Shown here: positions 1-12,494 of the stretch, piece by piece | How positions within the stretch are numbered: position 1 is the first letter of the stretch | Layout of the letters: every line of letters begins with the position of its first letter | NCBI RefSeq assembly: GCF_963921235.1 | Contig: NC_086113.1 | Span: forward strand, 10,602,001-10,666,000 | Direction: 5' to 3' | Length of the DNA: 64,000 bases | From: Mobula hypostoma | Lineage: Eukaryota | The notes under the pieces: generated by a model | Databases searched by the model: none | What the model was told of the DNA's origin: nothing | What the model saw: only the letters and a program-made list of their open reading frames with translations | Position numbers and translations under genes: made by a program

Positions 1-298
1 TGTCAGTGTGAAGTGACAGTGAATGGGGGGGATGAAGGGGGTGGTGAGGGACTGTGGAGAGGAGTGTGTCAGTGTGGGTATGAGGTGTGGAGTGTCAGTG
101 TGAAGTGACAGTGAATGGGGGTGAAGGGGGTGGTGAGGGACTGTGGAGAGGAGTGTGTCAGTGTGGGTATGAGGTGTGGAGTGTCAGTGTACAGTGACAG
201 TGAATGGGGGATGAAGGGGGTGGTGAGGGACTGTGGAGAGGACTGTGTCAGTGTCAGTGTGAGGTGTGGAGTGTCAGTGTAAAGTGACAGTGAATGGG
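1..298. repeat. ~90-bp GT/GA-rich tandem repeat (minisatellite), about 3.3 copies, truncated by the window start
   Basis: The unit tgtcagtgt(g/a)(a/c)agtgacagtgaatggggg...gagggactgtggagagga recurs at ~1, ~93, ~183 and ~273. Confidence 0.9.
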
Positions 299-564
299 GC
301 TAATTTGTTTGGGGCAGCAGTCTTACGGCTATCAGTGACAGCTTTTACAGGACCTGCATGTCAGGAGCTGTTGGAGGTCGTCTGGAGTTGGGATATCCTC
401 ACAGAGCCACCTGAACCAAGCAGCTGGACACCAGGGTACAGAGACCCATCCACATACACCTGGTCTAGTTAAGTGCAGGCAGGGCAGGGATCATGGGTAC
501 CTATTTGGGCAGCATGGGCAGGCTTACTCAGGACTTCTCCTGAGCGAAGTTTAGCTTTATAAAG

Positions 565-900
565 AGTAAATTATTTGTCACATGTACATTGAAACATACA
601 GTGAACTGTTTTATTTTGCACTAATAACCAACACAGTCCAAGGATTGTACTGGGGCAGTCCACTAGTGATGCCATGTTTCTGCTGTGTCAACAACTCACT
701 AACCCTAACCCAAATGTCTTTGAATGTGGGATGAAACCAGAGTACCTGGAGGAAACCCTCATGGCCATGAGAAAACGTACAAAATCCTTATAGCCAGTGG
801 TAGGAATTGAACCCTGATCACGAAACTTAACATTGTAAGCATACATTTGTAAAGCATTACACTAACCGTAATGCTACTGTGCCAACCCCGAATGCATCCA
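565..900 (-). mobile_element. Degenerate tRNA-derived SINE (HE1/V-SINE-like), antisense
   Basis: Contains tgtgggatgaaaccagagtacctggaggaaacc...gaaaacgtacaaaatcctt...ggaattgaaccc, which resembles the reverse complement of chondrichthyan HE1-type SINE cores with a B-box. The family name is from recall. Confidence 0.65.
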
Positions 901-1429
901 ATTCCTAACACATGTCATCCTCCAGTAACAGTTCCTTCATGGCCTCCCTCCTTCCAGACTCTGCAACTTCATCTGGTTCTACAACATTCCAAACCCCAGC
1001 TTTGGTCAATCCTAGCTTCCCATTTGTTGATCCTTTGGAAATTGTACCTACACCCCACCAGGCCTCAACTCTGAACTCCCCAACCCTCAAAGACACTGAG
1101 CCTCCCAACTCATTTAAAAAATATCCTAAAAATCTACTACTTTTAATCATCACCTTCATTGCTTCTGTGTCAAAGTGCAATGTATATTCATTGTTAATGT
1201 ACGTATGTGTATACGTACTTTCACCATATGCTACTCTGAGATTCACTTTCTTACAGGCATTTGCAGTAGAGCAAAAAAAAAACAGAATAGAGACAGTGGA
1301 AAGCTATGCAGAAAAGACATTTATTTTTCTGCTAATATTCCTACCAGGCAGCTGAGGCTCTTTAATAATATAATTGTGATAGGGAAATGCAAGTGGTTGT
1401 ATCAGGCACAGGTTTCTGATTAGGATTCA

Positions 1430-1590
1430 GATTTACTCGTGTATTACATGTACATCAAAGCATACAGTGAAATGCGTTGCTTGCTTAACCAGCCAACACA
1501 CCCAAGGATGTCCCCACAAATATCCACACTTATCTGGCACCAACAGAGCACAGCAAGCATGTTCAGCGGAACAATACAAGCAACAACAGC
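1430..1590 (-). mobile_element. Partial second copy of the tail of the 565-900 SINE-like element
   Basis: Shares acatgtacat..aa.catacagtgaa and aacac...ccaaggat with 580-645. Confidence 0.5.
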
Positions 1591-1989
1591 ACATCTCCCA
1601 CCCTCCCACCCCTCTCCGGCCTCCAACCCCAAGATTGGCTAAGTACCCCCTCCCTGATCCCCCTTTTAATATCAGCAAATGAATATGGACATGCATTAGT
1701 TACCATCCCCTGACGATCTCCCAGCACACGGTGCTTAGGATTGGCTGAGAGTTACTCGTCGTCCCTCTGGGTCGATACTAATTGTGCACGCTTAATTAGT
1801 TCCCCGTTGTAACAGCTGGTCACAGGGAAACAGTCAAATTCACACAACTAAACCGCCTTTAGTGTCATTTTGGATTCCATCCTACAGTGATAATCTTCTT
1901 AATTGAAAGTAATGCCTGTGTACTTTGTCAAAGACCCTTTTCCTCTGGTTGGGGAAAAAAGTGTGTGTTTACGTAACAGTCGTATCTAT

Positions 1990-2606
1990 TACTGGAATAT
2001 AAAAAGCAAGAATGTAATGCTAAGACTTTAGAACGCATTGGTCAGACTGCATTGGAATATTGTGAGCAGTTTCGGGCCTATTATCTAAAAAAGATTGTGC
2101 TGGCATTGGAAAGGGTCCAGAGGAGTTCCGGAGAATGATTCCGTGAATCAGAGATTAATGTTAGAGAGATTCTGATGTGATTGGACTTGTACTCGCTGGA
2201 TATTAGTAGAATGAAGGGGGGGGGGTCACAATGAAACCTATCGACTATTGAAAGGCATAGATAGAGTGGACGTGGAGAGGATGTTTCCTATAGTGGTGAG
2301 TCTAGGACCAGAGGGCACAGCTTCGGAAAAGAGGGACGACCCTTTAGAGCAGAGATGTGGAGGGGTTTCTTCAGCCAGAGAGAGGTGAATCTGTGGAATT
2401 AATTGCTTCAGACGGCTGTGGACGCCAAGTCACTGAGTATGTTTAAACGGAGGTTGACAGGTTCTTGATAGGTAAGGACATCAAAGGTTACGGGGAGAAA
2501 GCAAGAGAATAGGGCCGAGAAATATAATAAATCAGGCATAATGGAATGGCTGAGCAGACTCGATGGGCCGAACGGTCTAATTCTTCTCCTATGTCTTATG
2601 GTCTTA
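1990..2606 (+). mobile_element. 5'-truncated CR1-clade LINE: degenerate ORF2 C-terminus plus 3' tail
   Basis: Frameshifted translation resembles the CR1 ORF2 end (EYK..VMLRL..ALVR.H.EYCEQF...VLALERVQRS). It ends in gatgggccgaacggtctaattcttctcctatgtcttatggtctta, a CR1-type 3' end. Confidence 0.85.
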
Positions 2607-3382
2607 CAATTATTCACACGCTGCGTGTGAAACCTCACGTTGCACGCTATTCCCAAACAATATACCCGTGAGAACACAAAAAGGCAGAAACCAAATTTGA
2701 CCATAACAAATATTTCTAATGATATCCTCCGTTGTAAATTATTTCTAACGCGGTGGATCCTACAACAAAGACGGTGCTTATAACTAATGTGGAGTACGAC
2801 CTCTGAACGTGCTGCGGCAGAACTGGAAACGAGGCAAAGGAGATCAAGCCGTTGCCTGCCTGCTGTTTCAAAAGACTCCAGAAGCTCCCCGCCTCTCCCC
2901 CTCTCTCTCGTTCTTTCTCACTACATTTGTGCTTCACGCTTCAGAGTTGCGCGGCTGCTGTGGTGATCACTCCCTGTCGTCGTGCTCCCCCTCCTGTTCA
3001 TCCCTAGTACTGCCCAGCAACCGCGGCGAAGCCCAACCGGCGGAAGCTACGTGTCCTATATTGCACATTCCCCTCGCACAAACTTAACTTCTTCGGAGCC
3101 GTTTCTTTTTCCTGTCACCCAAAAAAATCATTCATTGTTGCTCTTCGGGTTCTTGCACGTCATTATGCTCAAAACAAACAACTTAAGTTTGTTGGCCTTT
3201 TTCCTTAAATTTTAGATTGTGATTCCATGCGGAAAAATGCTAAGGTAATGGTAGTATACACAATGACAGCTCCCCCCCCCCCCAAAAAAAAAGCAAGAAA
3301 TGAAAGGAGCAATTCGCATAAGGTTAAGAAACGAACTCAAATTTAAAACTAAAAGCACGGAAATCCGAAGTTTAGTTAAGAA

Positions 3383-3436
3383 CTATAGTGGGGGAGTTTA
3401 GGACCAGAGGGCACAGCCTCAGAATAGAGGGACGTT
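3383..3436 (+). mobile_element. Short fragment of the same CR1-like LINE
   Basis: tatagtgggggagtttaggaccagagggcacagcctcagaatagagggacg is near-identical to 2289-2338. Confidence 0.7.
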
Positions 3437-5091
3437 TAGTTAAGTTACGTAGCTTAGAGGTCGTTTAAGATTAACTCACAAGAAAGATCGATTTCAATGT
3501 CAGGACACGGCGAGCAATAAAAAGGTGGGTTATCTAATTAACAAGTATTTTCAAAAACTATTCAACCCTGTTTTTAAGTAACATAATTCTGTCTTCTATT
3601 TTCATGTTTGCACTTTATCCCATTGTAAAGCAATTTGAACTACATCGCTTGCATGAAAAGTGCTCTATAACTTATTTATTATTATTATTTTAGGCAGAAA
3701 TGCTGTAGAAAAACTACTTTTAAGTACATATATGCCGTTCCTACTAAGCAGCTGTTATCTAAATTCAAAAAGTTGTCTACAATGTGGAACAGGCCAGAAT
3801 GTGTTTTTTTAAAAATATAAATTAAACTGGTTCACATCTCCGCCTAAACTAATTAAAGCTCGCGGACTTACGCAAGTTCGCCGGCCTCGTAAAATCTACA
3901 GGTTGGATAGTTGCATTATAAACATGAGGGATTTAAGATCAAACCGTAACTTACCTTTCAGAAGAAATTATACTTGCCACGAGGGGCGGGGGCGGAATCT
4001 TGCGCTCTTCGCGGCGGCTTTTTCATAAGTGTCTTAAGTCTGTAGTTAATCACATGTCAGTGGGTTCTCCTGAGTTACAGCTGAAGAGTCTTAAAATTTT
4101 TAACACTACCATTTCAAACCAGTTAAAATCGATATAAGCGTAACTTCATCACGATTTTCATAAGACAAAGAAAGTTAATCGGATTTGTAATCGTTCTGTT
4201 ACCCTTTCTTGTTAATTGTAAGTGTAGTTTAAAGCACTCTATTCACAATGATCAAAACTAAAGCTGAAATAGTCCGATTTCTTTTGCAGTACACGATGGC
4301 ATTAATCTAAATAATGACTCGTGGCTTTTAGTGCATTTTTATTGTCTGTAATGGTAACCGAGGAGATTTTTGGCTTCCTGGAGTGGAAGGCTGTGTGGCA
4401 GCAAACATGCGTTTGAAATACAAAAACTATTCGTTTAAAGAATTTACCAGCATTTTCTGAGGTGGTGTAATTAACAAATTCTGAAAAAATGTACATTGTA
4501 TACAGAATACCAAAATAAATACTTGACAGTAACAATTTTATACGAATGTATTCCAATTAATAAGCACAAACGGTTTGGTTTCATTAGACGAGAGCAGTCA
4601 CGTACTATTAGAGTTGTGGGAGTGCCGCTGATAAGACGCACTGGGGATGCTGATAGGGTCAATGTGTTCGTTACTCCAATCTGTCCGCAACACACAGAGG
4701 CAATAAAACACCTTTGCGAAGTGGTCGAATGCTTTTAAACCAATCAGCAGCTCGGTGGTTTTCCCGCACCCACATTTCGGTCGATATGTTTTCGTGTTAT
4801 TTCTCCCCAACTCATTCTTTGGATCTAACGAAGAAAACGGGAGCAATATTTTTATGCACAGAATGATCAGATGCGCTCGGCAACAAATCACAACAAGATG
4901 TTCTCCAGCCGACGAAACGAAGCTGGTCTTTGATTTATTTTACTGTGAAGCTGAGTTTTATTCTCCGACCACCATACCGAACCCCAGCACATGCGATTAT
5001 ATGTTGTTAGACCACACCCTCTTCACCTGTTTCTACAGTATTTCCTATCAAGAGTTCATTGAAGCAGAACAAAAATATAAGTATTAAATAA

Positions 5092-5305
5092 TCACACAAA
5101 ATGCTGGAGGAACTCAGCAGGTCAGGTAGCACCTTTGGAGGGGAATAAACATTGGACGTTTCGAGTCAAGACCCTTCATTAGGACTCGTACCGAACCATC
5201 GACTCTTTATTCCTTTCCACAGATGCTGCCTGACCTGTTGAGTTCCTCCAGCCTTCTGTGTGTGTTACTCTGGGTTTCCAGCATCCGCAAAGTCTCTTGT
5301 GTTTA
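5092..5305. mobile_element. Palindromic (inverted-repeat) non-autonomous element, possibly Penelope-derived
   Basis: The left arm gctggaggaactcagcaggtcaggtagcac is the reverse complement of the right arm gatgctgcctgacctgttgagttcctccagc. A half copy lies at 8235-8325. Confidence 0.75.
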
Positions 5306-6385
5306 TTAAGGTACAAGACTTCAAATTTATTGCAATATAGAGCGCTTATAACTTGTTTCAGAATGTCAAAAACTTGAAATGCAGTAATGTGGAAAATAAA
5401 TTATTTGTAAGAACATATTAAAAGTGAAATACTTATTCAAGGATTTCTAGATTCGTTTAATTTTCCTGCTGGTCAGGAAGACTTATTTAACCGAGATTAA
5501 TAAAAGAAAGACTGAAGTCTAATTCTACAGTAACATTAATTAGACGAGGCGCTGCTTAAGACGATAATTTAAACAAAATAAATGTGAAAGGCAAATTATA
5601 TTTTCGGTCGAGAAAATGCTAGCTATGCGTCACCATATAAACATGTTACTGTTGGGCGCTGGTGCAAAAGAACGGGCAATACCAACAAAAAAGAATATGG
5701 GGAGGGAGAGGGATATCTACTTTAGCTAGTTTAAGCTAGTCCAGGACACCAAGGACACTCCATTTGTTCGGCACTACGCACGTTATTGCTGAGAGACTAA
5801 ATATTTGTTCAAAAGTCTAATTTAGGTGCCTTTGAAGAAAGTCTAGGTGCACTGCCAGACGTAATGACCAATAAATCTAAACCCTCCCATGCCCCCTGCT
5901 AAATTAGCTGGAGTAAGGCCATTTGTCCAACAATATTTCATATACTCAGTTTCAGCGCCGATGGCCCTCACCACGTTTATATAAAATGCGCGAACCTACC
6001 CTAAAATAAATGAGCTTCTGGGTTTCAATACAAATAATATTTCTGAAGTGAGATCACATTTTGCAACTGGCAAAGTGAATGTAGTTACTGCTTCGGTGTT
6101 TTTGATCTGAATAGACTGAAATTTACTGGAAGCCTTTTTATGGTTTTACCTTTCTGTTTCAACAGTTACAATAACAAATGACCCACATTTATACGCGTAG
6201 GATACGTCCTGTTTTAAGAGTGATTACTTTGTGTAGCTCCGTAGAAGGTTTAATTCTGCATTCATAAGTACTGTTCCACGAAGAGCAGGCAAACACAATA
6301 TCAAGGTCACCCAACAACAGCGATGCTTGGAGACGAAAACTCCCACATCAGCGAAGAATGGCACTATTGACGCTCCTGTTACCTC

Positions 6386-6420
6386 TGCGGACATCTAGCG
6401 GCAAAATTGAGTCACTGCAA
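6386..6420 (-). promoter_or_regulatory. Putative CTCF site with upstream (ZF9-11) motif, 5' of the cluster
   Basis: The minus strand reads TGCAGTGAC-tcaattt-TGCCGCTAGATGTCCGC, a core resembling CCASYAGRKGGCR plus a TGCAG upstream module. Confidence 0.6.
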
Positions 6421-6646
6421 AGCGATTACAGGAATGATTTGGTTTGGAAATCTGGGTTTTAGGTGTATGATTTTTACTTCTTTTCGGACCGCCAGTGATT
6501 ACATTTATTTACCGTTTCATGTTTTTCAGTGACTTCCTCCGATCGAGATCCTGGGTCAAGCGTTGGTGAAGTTCCCTGCTCCTCTCGGCAACAGGGCGGT
6601 TATGAGTCGCAGTCATTCCGGAGATCTCCTTGACTGATCTCACAAA

Positions 6647-7060
6647 CAGAATCAGAATCAGGTTTAATATCACTCGATTGTGCTGTGAAATGTGTTGTGT
6701 TGCTGTGGCAGCACATTGCAATACATGATAAAAATATAAATTACAATAACTTATATATACAGTAATGTATGTGTATTTGTTTGCATTATTTTCCCCTTTC
6801 TCCAATCTGTGTCTGTATATGTATATATATGTGTTAACTTAAATAAGTAGCGGAGAAAGAGAGAAAATATACTGAGGTAGTGACAATTGATTCATTGTCC
6901 ATTCAGAAACGTTGATTTTCGCCTCTTTGTTGGTAGTAATGAAAAGAGGGCATATCCTGGGCGAAAGGGGTTCTTAATGGTGGATGTCGCTTTTTTGAGC
7001 CATCGCCTTTTGAAGACGCCCTGGATGCTGTGGAAGCATCAAGACCTGAAAGTGGGCTGA
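6647..7060 (-). mobile_element. Degenerate LINE 3' end, antisense
   Basis: Begins with a (cagaat)2 microsatellite tail followed by ggtttaatatcac, then degraded RT-like sequence. The clade cannot be determined by eye. Confidence 0.5.
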
Positions 7061-8234
7061 ACATGCACGGGTCAGGCAGGTTTTTTCATGGAGTTGCCAC
7101 AGCTTTCTAAACTCGCTAGTCAATTTAAGACATATCCCGACAAACAGACACGGAAGATAGCCCAATACCATCAGTGCAGATAATAATTTACAACCCGCCT
7201 TTTGCTGGTATGATGGGGGTGCACAGTGAACAAGTGGGGACGACTTGTGATCAAACTTAGGATATTTTCGATGAAATATTTACATCTTAAAGTTAACTCA
7301 CAAAGATTTGGTCAACTGTCAATTAAGACATATAAGTCAAATAAAATCACCAGTGTAAAAAATTGCAGAAATATATGTAGTATATAGTTTTAACTAAAAT
7401 AATCCGCATTCCATTAGCTAGCGGGGGGGAAATAGAAAATAAGTTTGGAGTCGTTACTTCTCCTTTAAATAGCATTAAATAACTTTTCGACTTTAAATGG
7501 ACTGTAATTCCCGATACAAAGTATCTCGTGTGAAAATAAAATTGAATTTTGGCATGGAAGATTTAATTTGGATGTTTATCCGAATATTACGGTTAAATGC
7601 GTTCTCCATACAGCAGAGAACCAACCGTGCTTGATATCAAGTTGATTGTCTCTTACATTTGAGGTTCATGAATTAGCAAAAAGAAATTATTCGGACTGAA
7701 AGCGACAGTAAAGAACAATAGTAAGAGATAATCATTTTACGATTACATCGTTTTTAAAAACAATTTTACTGGGAAAGTGACGCAATGTCTCTTACTCCTC
7801 AGGAAATAACTTTCATACAGACTGTAGAAAGAAAAAATAATGCAATCGTTTTTCCAAGTTTCCTCCATCTCCGAGACGTATAAAAGCCACTGAGGACATT
7901 CAGAGGCATTTATGAATGAGGACGTGTCGACCCTTGTTTCGATGTGTTTATACAGATTGCCGAAGCCCGGCAGCGAGAACATAGTTTGTGTGAATATGTC
8001 CCGCTACAATACAAGTTTCATAATCAACGACGAACTGCTTTGAAAGAAGTTTTCGTTTCGGAATATATTTTGTTTACGATTGAATTGCAGCTTAAGTGAT
8101 AGCCCGATGGTGAATATATACTACATGGTGGTTCTCTGAGAATTAATGGCTTATTAATGCGGAACATACGCTTCAATTAAACTACATTCACTGTATCAAA
8201 ATAAAAGGAGTTGAGGAAATATCTGAAGAACAGA

Positions 8235-8325
8235 CACCAAAATGCTGAAGGAACTCAACAGGTCAAGCAGCACTTATGGAAGGGAGTAAACAGTCGACAT
8301 TTCGGGTCGAGACCCTTCACCAGAA
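8235..8325 (+). mobile_element. Half copy of the 5092-5305 palindromic element
   Basis: aaaatgctgaaggaactcaacaggtcaagcagcacttatggaagggagtaaacagtcgacatttcgggtcgagacccttca aligns to 5097-5178. Confidence 0.75.
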
Positions 8326-9132
8326 ATATCTGTACTGATTTTGCAGTCATACGTGTATAATAATAACCAAAAATAAATATTAGATATTGACATTTAAAGA
8401 AATAACTCAAGGGTAAATAATTCCGGGACATAAAAAGCAGCCTTAAACATTGCTTACCAACATCTACAGCAAATGAAGTTAAGAAAGATATAGTCACTCA
8501 GACTATTAAATTTATGCAATTGAGATACACACTGTAATAGAAACAATGTTAATACAACCATACCAAATAAATGATAAGTGTCTTATTAAGGCCTGTGAAA
8601 ATATGTTCACGTCCCAGAGTGCCGGCTTTAAGTTTAATTTAGCGTTACACGTAATAAAGTACGTAATGTTTATTTAACATAGTGTGGATATCAGTTACAT
8701 TAAGTAATATTTAATATTTAAATATTGTTATTAAATATTGTTGTTTCCCTGTTTTCTCGTTGTTCTTATATATTTAATTCAACTGATATATAGGTCTTGT
8801 CTTATCGTCAATTTAAAAGAAATTTTAACTTTCTATAATCTTTAAATCATTAAGTTTATTATTGGAGTAGACTTACAGAGCGAATAGTTGTTTGCAGACA
8901 TGTAAGAGCGAGATTCGGTACCTCAAAGTCACATAAACGTTGGTTGCATATGAACAGTATATACATTGTATATATAAATATTTCCTCCTCCTGGAGATAT
9001 ACAAACTTAAATTTTGTCATGTAAGTTTATAAACATTGAATTGTTGACGAAGTTTTTTATGTAAGAATAATTAATAATAAACATAATAGCCGAAATAGTT
9101 GAATCGAATGATTGAGTGTTATTTATTCACAG

Positions 9133-9595
9133 CTTGGAGCGATCAGTCATCTGAACCTGCCCACCCAGGAGCTCAGCATAGTTAGAAGAATCCGTATTAT
9201 ATTAAATACCTTAAATATATTAAATGCAAAATTCGACAGTGGTTTCGAGAAAACCACCTTTCTAGATTGTGAAATTAAAATAGATTTGAAATGGTGCAGA
9301 GTTGGTGGTGATGCTGGTGTACGTGCTTGTGTGTGTGTGTGTGTGTGTGTGCACGCGCGCGCGCGCCCGTGAGTGTGTGTGGGGATGGGTTGTGGTTCGA
9401 GGGGTTAGCGGCGGTAATGGTGAGGTAATAAGAAAGAACATAAGACTATTAAATAGGGGATGAAAATAGGTGCGAAATATAACATTTCTTAACTAACTGT
9501 AGCACGTTTAAAATGGGAATAATTTTTCACATTATGGAGCAAACCGGTTTTTGGATTCGTCATGAGAAAGAGAAAAGGCTCGTTAGCCTCCAGCT
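9133..9595 (+). pseudogene. Probable HoxA14 pseudogene remnant (split homeobox: exon-2-like 9133-~9316, exon-3-like ~9540-9595)
   Basis: After an acceptor ttattcacag (9132) the frame reads ..RRIRI(ILNTLNILN)AKFDSGFEKTTFLDCEIKIDL. This aligns with the recalled PG14 homeodomain RKKRIPYSKQQIAELEKAFE.NRFLTPEIRLNI. About 230 bp later, cggttt...gagaaagagaaaaggctcgtt resembles degraded WFQNQRQKEKKLL. Position (6 kb 5' of HoxA13) and strand fit. Confidence 0.65.
9328..9366. repeat. (TG)n(CG)n microsatellite
   Basis: Directly visible. Confidence 0.95.
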
Positions 9596-12494
9596 AACTG
9601 GAACTAATTATGCAGCCATGAAGTGCTGTGTTGAAACAGAGCAATCACACTGAAATTGTCCTTTTTATTTACTAATATTTCATGAAAGTTTACAACAAGC
9701 GTCCAGAAAGGAGAAATGGCATTGTATTTGGGTTTAGAGCTGAAAATATCCACAGATCATTTTTGTGTTTTTTTCCTATAATAAAGATATGAATAGAAGA
9801 CAAAGTATTTAAATGTTAAGAGGAAATTTCCAAATAGAAAAACCCATGTGAGTTGTGCGTGCCAAGTTATAAGCTGAAGTAAAATCTTCTTTGTTAGAAT
9901 ATATTTACCAAGAAATCGGGATTTGATTATTACAAAATTGCATCTTTTGATTAAAGTTAATTTGCTTTTAAATATGCCGGTGATAATCACATGTCAATAG
10001 GTCCACGAATGGCCGTTATGAAGTAACGGTTATGCATTTTGTTTTCTCCAAATGTTTACACGCTTAACATATGAATAAGGTCATACCTAATGGCAAATGC
10101 AAACTGTGCCCCTACATGTGTGAAGAATCATATACAATATATGCTAAAAGTCAATATAGCTATTCATTCCTTATCTGGATTTGTCAATGTAGATGAGTTC
10201 CGTCTTGCTCTGAACACTGGAAAACCCAATTCGTTTCAAACACATGCTCTATGCATGATAGTGGCCAATGTAACACAATTCATATTTAAATTTTTACCAT
10301 GTTATTCTACTATAAGCTTGACAACTGAACTAATACAAACATCAATGATTCTATGCCTCTCGCGAATAACAATGATTTTCCAATGATAAGTAAAACATTT
10401 GAGAAGTCAATCTTCGCCGCATACTTCATAAATAATGGGTGAAGGTGCTGATATCGACAAGGATTAAGTGATGAAAGAATAGTCATGCTCTATCAGTAAT
10501 GTCCACGTATTTATTGATATGAATGTTATATCGCAGACTGAGCAAGTTCATGACAAATTAATCCGTTCATGGACAACAAAACAGATTAATCACTTTGATT
10601 GATCTCAGTCAGGCTACCGGATAATATTTCAGAAAAGAAATATGAAGCGCTTGGCTGTTTTTTTATTGGTAGAGATCCTCTGTTGAGTAAATATCCGCAA
10701 AATATATACCGTATAGGATTCATAATAATTGAAGCAACTGCAATTTAATTGATTTAGGAAAATGACATAAAGACCCAGGTGATAAATAGCACAGGCACAG
10801 TGGAGTAACGTAATATATATTTTTAGAAGTTTTAAACATTGCCTTTTTTAAAACAATAGTATTAGAAGATACCTTTAGTAGCATAGAATAAAGGATTGTG
10901 GTTATTGAATTATAACTAACATGATTTATTCTATGACTTTTGTGATAGAAAATCAAAAATCAAATTGTCACCTATTTAACAACTCTTAAATTGACAGGTG
11001 TTATTAGTAAATTTTCATTGAAGAAACAAGATGTGCCATGCTTATTGTGATTATCTTTTTAAACGCAGTCCCTAGAGGAAGTGAGTATTATTTCCCCTTT
11101 AAGGATATTTACCTGGCATTAGTCCTAAAGGAAATTAAGCAGCAATTTTGAGAGCACGTGCCCCTTTTGACCTCAATATTTTCCAAAAGGAATTGGAGAA
11201 AGATTTGAATTAAATAGAGAGTATATGAGCTACAACTCACAGTGTGGTCTAAGAATGTTTTTATGACATGATACAAATATTTTTAATTTTGTGGTTCTGT
11301 GGTGACTTCAAATATAGGGAAAATCTAGTTCTAACAGTAACGCCATTCTGTATCCACGTAAATACCCTTTTAGTAGATAAATAGGTGAATATGTGGAACA
11401 GATACTTCCAAAGTCCTCTTGCTTCAGAGGATTATGTCAGACAAGTGGTCGTAGATGTTTGACTAGAGCAATTTGTAGATTACATTCAGAATTTTTTTTA
11501 AAAGTGGAAATCAAAACTAACCTCTCCTGGATCAAGCACACATTGTTTATAAGTTGAAAATGGGAAGTCTATATAACGTGAACCCCCTCCAAAATTTGTA
11601 AAGAATACCCGCAGGTGAAGTATAAAGCGATTCATCATACCAGTATTGACATCGGAAAAACATTTTTGACGTGTTTTTTTTTAATCGACTTATTAACCAA
11701 TGCGTTCTACATTCACACAAATTGGTTACTGCTGTGTCCTTGCGATGATTTGGTATTCGGGCACACATTATAGCAATTATTCATAACATCATCCCGAAAG
11801 GGCAAAGCTAAAAGCTCCGGGCTGACAACGCAGAGGAAATAACGACATCGAATGCTTGTGTGTGGGTGCATTGCAGCATCATTGAAAGCAGAATTAGCAG
11901 GTAATATTCTAAAAAAAATGCATTTTTACTTTGCAAAGTTCTAACAATAACTACTACAATTCGTGAGCAATTCCGGCATAACGGCAGGGTTACCTCCCAG
12001 GCACACATGCATCTTAGTCACAGTTACCTCCTAGGCATGTAGTTGCTGCACTTTATCAGGGGAAAAAAAGCTTTCCATTGGTGATGTACGGATCCAAAAG
12101 TAGTTTGAAACCTTGCCTGGAGATAGCTCCTGGCACGGAAAGATGGCCCTCATTACTTGACGCAGTATTCATCGTGGTAGTTCGGCGTGTTCAAAATGCC
12201 CCCACCTTTCCAAGTAACATTAACTTGGTTGTGGTACACTCTGTTCAAAGCAAGAGGTTTCCTAAACAGTGCATTTAAACCGGATGCAATGCTGTCTAAT
12301 TTGCAAAGTGACTGCATCTATTTCACATCCTATGCCAACAATGCAGAAACAGCCTGGAAATGAAGACGGTACGGTCAGTGGATTTTTTTTACATTTGGAG
12401 GGTTGTGAGCGAAAACAAAAGAAAACAAATAAAATGACAATGAAAAAGTCAATTCTCACGGCTTGCCTTTATAAGAATTCAGACATGGTCGTCA

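Noticed and set aside
4496-5087. ORFs of 80-110 aa as a small gene or Hox14 exon 1
   Set aside because: No recognisable motif or splice logic, and it is 4 kb from the homeobox fossil.
7956-8060. Frame reading ..ARQREH..KFHNQRR.. as Hox14 WFQNQR
   Set aside because: The match is short, its spacing is incompatible with a homeodomain, and it lies upstream of the better exon-2-like block.
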